DNA of 64,000 bases from Patescibacteria group bacterium UBA6017 (GTDB lineage Bacteria > Patescibacteriota > Saccharimonadia > UBA4664). The stretch is from NCBI GenBank assembly GCA_002429485.1, contig DIZX01000015.1, forward strand, positions 21,363-85,362, given 5' to 3'. Of this stretch, positions 56,758-64,000 are shown in pieces. Position numbers and translations under genes: made by a program. The notes under the pieces are model-generated. The model was given only the letters and a program-made list of their open reading frames with translations, was not told where the DNA came from and did not search any database. The stretch's first letter is position 1, and the number at the start of each line of letters is the position of its first letter.

Positions 56758-57894
56758 ATGAACGTAGTTTTTGACTCCCGCTGGACAAAAATTGGTCATC
56801 ACGATGGCATTAGCCGATTTGGCGCCAATCTTCTCGACTCGCTCCTCAAGATCACCCCGGTGACCGTACTTATATATGACCTCCGCCAGCTCGAAATGCT
56901 GCCAAAAAACGTTCCCTATCTCCTAGTAAACAATCCCGTGTCGCCACGCGAGCTATTGCTGCCCTTGAAGCTCAATAAGCTTGGCGTCGACGTGGTCTAT
57001 AGCCCGATGCAGATCATGGGCAGCTTCGGCCGCAACTATAAACTCATCTTCACCCTGCACGATCTGGTGCTCTACACCCTCAAGCACGTCAGTGAATTCA
57101 AGCACCCGTCCCTGGGCGGATATCTGGGCATCTCACCAAGCTTCTTTATTTGGCTCATGCACCGCGCCTACTGGCCGCAGAGGCTAGTACTCAATCAGGC
57201 GGACCTCATTGTGACCGTGAGTGAAACCACCAAGCAAGACATCTTGCGCCACCACCTCACCGACCGACCCGTAGAAGTGGTATATAACGCTACGCCCGAT
57301 CTCGGACCCGGCAAAGCTCATGGTGACATCAAACGTGAACTCGTCTTCATGGGAACACTATTGCCCTATAAGAACGCCGAGCTGCTCATCAAGGCGCTCG
57401 AGCTCCTGCCCGATTACCATCTCCACCTGCCCGGCCGCGGCACACCCGACCGGCTGTCGGCCCTCAAGGCTCTGGCCGCCCCATACGCCAACCGCGTAAC
57501 TTTCTGGAATGGTGCCAGCGACCAGGAATACGCCAAGATGCTAGATAGCGCCACCGCCATGGTGAGCGCCTCACGCTTCGAAGGCTTTGGCCTGCCGATC
57601 GTCGAAGCCATGGCCCGCGACGTGCCGGTGGTTTGTACCGATATGCCAATCTTCCACGAGGTTGCCGGCCAGGCGGCCCTCTATTTCGATCCCGATTCCC
57701 CCGCCGACTTTGCCGCCAAGATCCACGAGGTCGAAAATCCTGCCCGCCGCACCGAATTGATCAAGCTCGGCCGCGCCCAAGCCGCTACCTTCAGCTGGGA
57801 AAAATCAGCCGGCACCCTGCTCAAGATAATGACCTCCCTCAAAAACGCCGACGCCGTCCCGCTGAGCGCCGACACCACCCCCACCAAGTCTTAA
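56758..57894 (+). CDS. GT4 glycosyltransferase
   Basis: GISRF, TLHDL, TVSETTK, YKN, EGFGLPIVEAM. Confidence 0.9.
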   Translation: MNVVFDSRWTKIGHHDGISRFGANLLDSLLKITPVTVLIYDLRQLEMLPKNVPYLLVNNPVSPRELLLPLKLNKLGVDVVYSPMQIMGSFGRNYKLIFTLHDLVLYTLKHVSEFKHPSLGGYLGISPSFFIWLMHRAYWPQRLVLNQADLIVTVSETTKQDILRHHLTDRPVEVVYNATPDLGPGKAHGDIKRELVFMGTLLPYKNAELLIKALELLPDYHLHLPGRGTPDRLSALKALAAPYANRVTFWNGASDQEYAKMLDSATAMVSASRFEGFGLPIVEAMARDVPVVCTDMPIFHEVAGQAALYFDPDSPADFAAKIHEVENPARRTELIKLGRAQAATFSWEKSAGTLLKIMTSLKNADAVPLSADTTPTKS

Positions 57895-57918
57895 ACTAAT
57901 ATCTGGTAAGATACACAG

Positions 57919-59058
57919 GTGACCACACCATCTCATCTATCGAATAAAAAACGTGTACTCATGCTTATGGCGACCGCCGGCGGCGGGCACAAGAGTGCCG
58001 CCGAAAGTATCGCCGAGGCCCTCACTCATCAGTACGGCGATCAAGTCATCATCGACACCGTCGACGTGCTCAAGGAGTATGCCCCGCATCCCTTCGGCTA
58101 TTCGCCCGAGGCCTACCAGCTCATGATCAAAGCTCCGGCGGCCTGGAAGGGTTTCTACGATCTCGGCGATGGCGTGCGCCGTTCCAAGATGATCAATACC
58201 AGCATCTCGCGTTACGCCCGCCGTCACAGCGCCCGCCTCCTCGACAATCACGAAGCTGACATTATTATCTCCACCTACCATTTCGCCAACTCCCCAATCC
58301 TGGAAACTCTCAGCCGCCGGCATCTGACCACCCCCTTTGTGACCGTGGTCACCGATCTGGTTACCGCCCCGCCCATCTGGTTCGATACCCGCACCAGCCT
58401 CTGTATCACCCCTACCCCCGAAACCGCCGAGCTCGCCCTCAGGAGTGGGCTCGATCCCGACGTTATCAAAGTCATTGGCATGCCGGTATCCTCCCGGTTT
58501 ACCCCGCCGACCCGCCCCAAATCAGACCTTAAAACGGCCCTCGGCTGGCCCGCCGATAAACCCGTCATTATTGCCATGGCCGGCGGCGAAGGCGTGGGTG
58601 CGCTCGATCAAATCGCTGAAGAATTAACAACACTTGATGCAACAATTGTCATAATTACGGGTAAAAACGCCCACCTACTAGAAAAACTCAGCACCGAAAA
58701 TGCCCCCGAAAATCTTAAAGTTTACGGTTTTGTAAACAACATGAATGAGCTAATGCAGGCCGCCGATCTAATCGTAACCAAGGCTGGGCCTGGCACCATC
58801 ATGGAAGCGCTAAACTCCCACCTCCCCCTCATCCTCTACGCACGCCTATCCGGCCAGGAAGACGGCAATGTGAGCTTCGTCACCAATCACGGCGCCGGCC
58901 TGTGGCAGCCCAAAATCCACGAAATGGCCGCTACCATCCAAACGATCTTCGATGACCCGCTGGCAATCGCCAACATGACCGCCGCTGCGGCCACCATCGC
59001 GCAAAACGGCGCCAGCACCAAAATCGCCACCGCCATCGGCGACCTCCTGGCGCTGTAG
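57919..59058 (+). CDS. MGDG synthase/UgtP-like GT28 diacylglycerol glycosyltransferase
   Basis: GGGHKSAA, TVVTD, GGEG, TKAGPGTIMEA, GQEDGN. Confidence 0.9.
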   Translation: MTTPSHLSNKKRVLMLMATAGGGHKSAAESIAEALTHQYGDQVIIDTVDVLKEYAPHPFGYSPEAYQLMIKAPAAWKGFYDLGDGVRRSKMINTSISRYARRHSARLLDNHEADIIISTYHFANSPILETLSRRHLTTPFVTVVTDLVTAPPIWFDTRTSLCITPTPETAELALRSGLDPDVIKVIGMPVSSRFTPPTRPKSDLKTALGWPADKPVIIAMAGGEGVGALDQIAEELTTLDATIVIITGKNAHLLEKLSTENAPENLKVYGFVNNMNELMQAADLIVTKAGPGTIMEALNSHLPLILYARLSGQEDGNVSFVTNHGAGLWQPKIHEMAATIQTIFDDPLAIANMTAAAATIAQNGASTKIATAIGDLLAL

Positions 59059-59136
59059 CGCCTCCCGCAGGTGCTTTTTCCTAGGCTTTTGGCGACAAAG
59101 TTGTTACGCTTACAATAGTAATTGCGAGAATCAACG

Positions 59137-60108
59137 GTGGCACGACCCGCCAAAACCAATCCCCCGGCCAACGCCGCCGAGCTCAGGAAACACTACTTCC
59201 TCGATAGCTACGTGATCATCGCTCCCGGCCGCAACCTTCGCCCCGATCTGTTCTCGCACGCCGCCGAGCCGCACAAGGTTCCCAGCGATCACTGTCCGTT
59301 CGACCACAACACCGAGCCGGAAATCTGGCAGCACCCCCGCGGCGCCAACTGGCAGGTCAAAGTAGTCCGCAATGCCTTTCCGGCCCTGTCCACCGATAAT
59401 CCAAAAGCTTTCGGCTCTCAGGAAGTCATCATCAATACCCCCGACCATAATCTTGAATTTTCCGAGCTCAGCGTCGAGCACATCACCGAAATCTTCACCG
59501 CCTACCGCCTGCGCATTACCGAGCTATCAAAGCTCGAAGGTATCCGTTATGTCCTCGTCTTCAAAAATGACGGCCCAATCGCCGGTGCCAGCATTGCTCA
59601 CGCCCATTGCCAAATCTTTGCCTTACCCATAGTGCCGCCCAAAATCGCCCGCGAAAGCGACGCCCTAAATCATTACTGGGACCAGAAGAATACTTGCGCC
59701 TACTGCGACATAATCGAATGGGAAACCAGCCAAAAAGTTCGCATTATCGCCGAAGACAAGAGCTTCATTGCCGTTGCACCCTACGCCTCCAGCCACGCCC
59801 TCGAGGCTTGGCTAATCCCGCGCCGACATGTCACCAAATTTGCGCAATTCAACGCCACCGAACTGCATTCACTTGCAACAATGCTGAAAAAAATTACCGC
59901 TCGTCTCGATACATCGATGATAAGTTTCAACTATTTCCTGCAAGAATCCCTCGACAATCAAGACCATCATTTTGTTCTGAAAGTTGAGCCCCGCACTACC
60001 AAATATGCCGGTGCCGAAATCGGTACAGGTGTCGAAATCAACCCGGTGACTCCGGAATATACTACTCTCTGGTATCAGGGTAAAATCCCCACTACCTCTC
60101 CGCACTAG
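59137..60108 (+). CDS. galT: Galactose-1-phosphate uridylyltransferase-like (GalT/HIT fold)
   Basis: R..RP, CPF, NAFP, FKN.G..AGASIAHAHCQI, CAYC, AGAEIGTG..INP. Confidence 0.8.
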   Translation: MARPAKTNPPANAAELRKHYFLDSYVIIAPGRNLRPDLFSHAAEPHKVPSDHCPFDHNTEPEIWQHPRGANWQVKVVRNAFPALSTDNPKAFGSQEVIINTPDHNLEFSELSVEHITEIFTAYRLRITELSKLEGIRYVLVFKNDGPIAGASIAHAHCQIFALPIVPPKIARESDALNHYWDQKNTCAYCDIIEWETSQKVRIIAEDKSFIAVAPYASSHALEAWLIPRRHVTKFAQFNATELHSLATMLKKITARLDTSMISFNYFLQESLDNQDHHFVLKVEPRTTKYAGAEIGTGVEINPVTPEYTTLWYQGKIPTTSPH

Positions 60109-60283
60109 GTTTACTAAAACTCGCCGTATAATCCCACGTCATTTCGAAAATCGCCGACATCGCCTGCCCCATTTCTGCGTTTCGAATTTTCACGCATTAT
60201 TACAAAAAATATCTCCAGCAAATCGAATCAGTTTGCCTTTTCGGTTTGTGTTCGGTATTCTTGCATCATTGAAGGAGACTGCC

Positions 60284-61837
60284 ATGCTATCAACCACCTA
60301 CGCCCCGGCAATCGTCGGCATCGAAAGCCACCTTATATCGATCCAGTGCGATATGACCAACGGCTTACCCGGCTTCGTCATGGTCGGACTGGGCGACAAG
60401 GCCGTGGACGAATCCAAGGAGCGAGTGCGCAGCGCCATTAAAAATAGCGGCCTCATGCTGCCGCCCAAACGCTTCACCGTCAACCTCGCGCCCGCCGACT
60501 TGCCCAAGGACGGCTCGGGTTATGATCTCGGCATTGCCGTAGCCGTGCTGGCGGCCAGCGGCCAGATTGATGCCTCGATGATCGAAGGCAGCCTGTTTGT
60601 CGGCGAACTCGCCCTCGACGGTACCATCCGCCCCGTCCGCGGGGCCATCATTGCCGCAGAGCTCACTCGCACCAGCAATTTTGAACGCCTGTTCGTGCCC
60701 GCCGCCAACGCGGCCGAAGCTACCCTGTCGGGCGAGGCCAAAGTCTTTGCCGTCTCTAGTCTGCTCGAGCTCTATCAGCATCTCACCGGTCACGAACTCC
60801 TCTCGAGGTATGTCGCGCCGGCTACGATCGAAGCTGCCGCTGCCGAACCTACTGTAGATTTCAGCCTGATCTACGGCCAGGCTGCCGCCAAACGCGCCGT
60901 CGAGATTGCCGCGGCAGGCGGGCACAACATTCTCCTCTCGGGGCCGCCCGGCACCGGCAAAACTCTCCTCGCCAAAGCCATCATGGGCATCCTGCCCAAA
61001 CCCACCTTCGAGGAGTCGCTCGAAATATCTAAGCTCCACAATCTGGCCGGCCAAAACGTCTCGGGCATCATCCGCACCCGGCCATTCAGATCCCCGCACC
61101 ATACCGCCTCTAGCGTGGCCCTTATCGGCGGAGGTACCAAGCCGCGGCCCGGCGAAATCAGCCTCAGCCACGGGGGCGTCTTGTTTCTGGACGAGCTGCC
61201 GGAATTTCCGCGCAGCGTACTGGAGGTACTCCGACAACCCCTCGAAGACGGCTGCATTACCATCGCCCGTGCCGCCGGTGTCATCACCTTCCCCGCCCGG
61301 TTTATGCTCGTAGCTACGCGAAACCCCTGTCCGTGTGGTTATGCGGGCGACCAATCCGGCCGGTGCCAATGCGAGCAAGCTAGCATCAGCCGTTACCGCA
61401 ACAAAATATCCGGACCATTACTGGACCGGATAGACATTGTCACCGAGGTTGCCCGCATCGACCAAAGCGATATCATCAAGGCAACCGCCGCCGAGCCGAG
61501 CTCGATCATATCGGGAAGAATCCAGCAAGCCAGAATCATCCAGCAGCGGCGGCGTTACGACTCAGGTGGATCGTGCAATGCCCATCTGAGCACGAAAGAT
61601 ATTCAAAAATATTGTAGAATAAACAACGAAACGGCTCGAATTGCCTCCGATGCCATGCGCAATCTCGACCTATCGGCCCGAGCTTATAGCCGCATCCTCA
61701 AAGTCGCCCGGACCATCGCTGATCTAGACTCATCCCCCACCGTTGAAACCGCCCACTTCACCGAGGCTCTGCAATACCGGCCCCGTGGCAGCCATGCCAA
61801 GACCAACCACCTTGCAAACGCTTCAGTAGCGACCTAA
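60284..61837 (+). CDS. comM: YifB/ComM AAA+ (Mg-chelatase-like) helicase
   Basis: NLAPADLPK.G..YDL, GPPGTGKT, RPFRSPHH, LFLDELPEF, NPCPCG, SGPLLDRID, ARTIADL; SD aaggag. Confidence 0.92.
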   Translation: MLSTTYAPAIVGIESHLISIQCDMTNGLPGFVMVGLGDKAVDESKERVRSAIKNSGLMLPPKRFTVNLAPADLPKDGSGYDLGIAVAVLAASGQIDASMIEGSLFVGELALDGTIRPVRGAIIAAELTRTSNFERLFVPAANAAEATLSGEAKVFAVSSLLELYQHLTGHELLSRYVAPATIEAAAAEPTVDFSLIYGQAAAKRAVEIAAAGGHNILLSGPPGTGKTLLAKAIMGILPKPTFEESLEISKLHNLAGQNVSGIIRTRPFRSPHHTASSVALIGGGTKPRPGEISLSHGGVLFLDELPEFPRSVLEVLRQPLEDGCITIARAAGVITFPARFMLVATRNPCPCGYAGDQSGRCQCEQASISRYRNKISGPLLDRIDIVTEVARIDQSDIIKATAAEPSSIISGRIQQARIIQQRRRYDSGGSCNAHLSTKDIQKYCRINNETARIASDAMRNLDLSARAYSRILKVARTIADLDSSPTVETAHFTEALQYRPRGSHAKTNHLANASVAT

Positions 61838-62136
61838 ACCCGAACTAGGCTGTATATGGCCGCACCGGCCGGAGTGTAAACCAACACATAGTAGAGCGCG
61901 ATCTCTAGCGCAACCAACGATACTGCCATCACGCCAATCCGACGCAAATCAGTCCCAACGTAGCTAAAATCGCGCGTTGATGCGCTAGCCGCGGTCGCGT
62001 TCGGGGCCTTCGACTTCGCAACCGATGAAATACTCGCCGAGGCAGCCCCTTGAGCCGTTGCTTCGGGTGCTCGAGCACCGACACCGGTCTCGACGTGCTT
62101 AAACTTGTGCTTCTTCGCTGTGTTCTTCTTTCCCAT
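61834..62136 (-). CDS. Small protein with basic N-terminus and C-terminal TM
   Basis: TACAAT 7 nt before the ATG; FSYV..DLRRI followed by a TM. Confidence 0.65.
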   Translation of the reverse strand: MGKKNTAKKHKFKHVETGVGARAPEATAQGAASASISSVAKSKAPNATAASASTRDFSYVGTDLRRIGVMAVSLVALEIALYYVLVYTPAGAAIYSLVRV

Positions 62137-62234
62137 AGCTCGAATTGTAGCATATCGAGAGTTGCCCGCCACAGCCATAATTTGCGAGACATCCCCCTAT
62201 CTCATATACTGATGACTACAAAGGGAGTTAGTCA

Positions 62235-62708
62235 GTGATTGTTGCGCTCGTCGTGTTGAGTTTGATCGGCATCGCCCTTGCCGTCGTGGCGCTCGTGCAG
62301 TTTCGCCGTCTATCGGAGCGCTTCACGTCATCGCTGGGCGGCGACCAGTCCGCCGATTCGCTGGAGGCCACTCTTACAAGACATATGGCCCGCGTCGAAG
62401 AAGTAAATCACCGCCTCTCAGAACTCGAAAATGAGTACGAGCGCCTATCGATCACCGGCGCTCTGGCCTCCCAAAAGATATCCGTAGTGCGGTTCAATCC
62501 TTTCGGCGACACCGGCGGCGATCAAAGCTTTAGCCTCGCCGTCCTCGATGCTCACGACTCTGGCTATGTCCTTTCCAGTATCCACGGCCGCCAGGGCACC
62601 CGAGTTTACGTCAAGCCGATCGACTTCGGCAAAAGCAAGTACCAGCTATCTACCGAGGAAGACCAAGCCCTCAGCCAAGCTGTCAAACGAGTACCCAAGA
62701 TTAACTAG
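62235..62708 (+). CDS. DUF4446 family protein
   Basis: VRFNPFGDTGGDQSFSLAVLD..GYVLSSIHGR..TRVY.KPI..G.S.Y.LS.EE. Confidence 0.85.
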   Translation: MIVALVVLSLIGIALAVVALVQFRRLSERFTSSLGGDQSADSLEATLTRHMARVEEVNHRLSELENEYERLSITGALASQKISVVRFNPFGDTGGDQSFSLAVLDAHDSGYVLSSIHGRQGTRVYVKPIDFGKSKYQLSTEEDQALSQAVKRVPKIN

Positions 62709-62720
62709 GAGGATTTGAGA

Positions 62721-63149
62721 ATGGCACGAAAAACTCACGATGATGCGTTTGGAGCAGCCGGAGCTGAAACTATGATTGGCGCGGGCGTCACCGTTCACGG
62801 CAACTTAGTTAGTGAATCCGATGTCACAATCGACGGTCAGCTTGAAGGTGACGTCACAGCCACCGGCGACGTTACAGTCGGCGTGAGCGCCCGCGTTAAG
62901 GGCAATGTTCACGGCACCAACGTCACGGTACTGGGCCACCTCAAGGGCAATATTGTCGCCAGAGGCGAAGCTTCTATCCGCGAAACCGGTCAGGTAGAGG
63001 GCGATATCACTTCCGCCGGCATTGCGATCAACTCCGGCGGCATCTTCGTCGGCCGCAGCAAAATGCAAACCATCCCTTCGCTCGATATCCCGGCTGACGC
63101 TCCCATCGTCGAGGTCAAGACCAAGCCCGCAGCCAAGTCAAAATCTTAA
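62721..63149 (+). CDS. Bactofilin (polymer-forming cytoskeletal protein)
   Basis: TMIGAGVTVHGNL..IDGQLEGDV..beta-helix repeats; SD aggagg. Confidence 0.9.
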   Translation: MARKTHDDAFGAAGAETMIGAGVTVHGNLVSESDVTIDGQLEGDVTATGDVTVGVSARVKGNVHGTNVTVLGHLKGNIVARGEASIRETGQVEGDITSAGIAINSGGIFVGRSKMQTIPSLDIPADAPIVEVKTKPAAKSKS

Positions 63150-63168
63150 CCCAGCAAGCCGTAACTCT

Positions 63169-64000
63169 ATGTATTACTACATCGTTAACCCAGCCGCCGG
63201 GCGCGGACAGATCAAAAACCTCCAGGATCAGCTGCGCGGCCGCCTCGACAAACTCGGCATCCGCGGCGAATGGGTCAAAACCACCGGTCCCGGCGATGCC
63301 ACGCGTCTCGCCAAAGCCGCCGTCGCCTCCGGCCACACCACCATCGTCGCCGTCGGTGGCGATGACACCGTCAATGAAGTCATCAACGGTATCGACCACG
63401 ACAACGTTGCCGTCGGCATTATCCCCATCGGCACAGCCAACCACGTAGCCACCCAGCTCGGCATCATCACTTGGCCTCAAGCCTGCGAAGCCCTGGCCGC
63501 GCGCCGGCTCACCTCCTACTCCCTAATTGCGGCCGGCCAAAAATTCTTCCTCTCGACCCTTACCCTCGGCTTCGAAACTGACCTCGACAAAACCGTCGAC
63601 ACCACCACGGCGGGATTGCGCGCCCGTGCCAAGCAATTTGCCCAAAGCCTCGGTCACGCCCGCCATTTCAACAGTCTCAAGTGCCGCATCGAAGTCGACG
63701 GGCAATTCACCCTCACCTGTGACCTCTTCACCCTCTCGGTCGCCAACCAGAAGTTCCTCAATCCCCTGGCCGACAACCGCCTCATCGTGGCGCTCAGCGA
63801 CCGCCCCAAGGCCCGCCTCAAGCTCGGCAGCGTCGTCTGGAAGACCCTGCGCAGCGGCGGTCAGGGCACGCTCGACGACACCGCCACCACCCGTTTCCTC
63901 GCCGATCGCGTGGTCATCGAGACCGAACCCCCCACCGGCATCATGGTCGACGGCAAAGTGGCCGGCCGCACCCCCATCGCCATCCGCCTCACCGACCGCC
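63169..64000 (+). CDS. Diacylglycerol kinase-family protein, truncated by the window edge and not in the ORF track
   Basis: MYYYIVNPAAG, AVGGDDTVNEVING, GIIPIGTAN..A..LG, C-terminal VDG. Confidence 0.85.
   Translation, partial: MYYYIVNPAAGRGQIKNLQDQLRGRLDKLGIRGEWVKTTGPGDATRLAKAAVASGHTTIVAVGGDDTVNEVINGIDHDNVAVGIIPIGTANHVATQLGIITWPQACEALAARRLTSYSLIAAGQKFFLSTLTLGFETDLDKTVDTTTAGLRARAKQFAQSLGHARHFNSLKCRIEVDGQFTLTCDLFTLSVANQKFLNPLADNRLIVALSDRPKARLKLGSVVWKTLRSGGQGTLDDTATTRFLADRVVIETEPPTGIMVDGKVAGRTPIAIRLTDR

Noticed and set aside
1-64000. CRISPR array, cas genes, integrase or transposase
   Set aside because: I saw no regularly spaced repeats and no recognisable catalytic motifs for these

Overview
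Bacterial chromosomal window in standard genetic code 11 (TAA, TAG and TGA all end clear genes). It is most consistent with a Patescibacteria/CPR genome, probably Saccharimonadia-like; this is inferred from gene content and protein style, not from a search. Housekeeping genes: pheS/pheT, trpS, argS, smpB, tRNA-Pro(CGG), tmRNA, rmuC, a UvrD-nuclease, comM/yifB, a pilB-like ATPase and lysA. Functional clusters: cell-envelope enzymes (L,D-transpeptidase, CHAP, LCP), protein O-mannosylation, trehalose/alpha-glucoside catabolism, and glycolipid synthesis with lipase-like hydrolases. Accessory stretches lie at about 40.3-50.7 kb and in an AT-rich island at 50.5-52.8 kb attached to the tmRNA 3' end. 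Main highlights: (1) PheT carries an apparently intact NlpC/P60 cysteine-peptidase domain inserted in its B5 domain. (2) A promoter-driven, highly structured non-coding RNA that I cannot assign, plus a small ORF, sits upstream of the pheST operon. (3) An integrase-free single-gene cassette is bounded by ~100-bp tmRNA 3'-end/terminator repeats and is followed by an AbiJ/HEPN-like gene that appears fused to a DnaX (tau) C-terminal-like domain. (4) Leaderless gene architecture is pervasive in core genes, while several accessory genes are SD-led. All family assignments come from motif recognition by eye.
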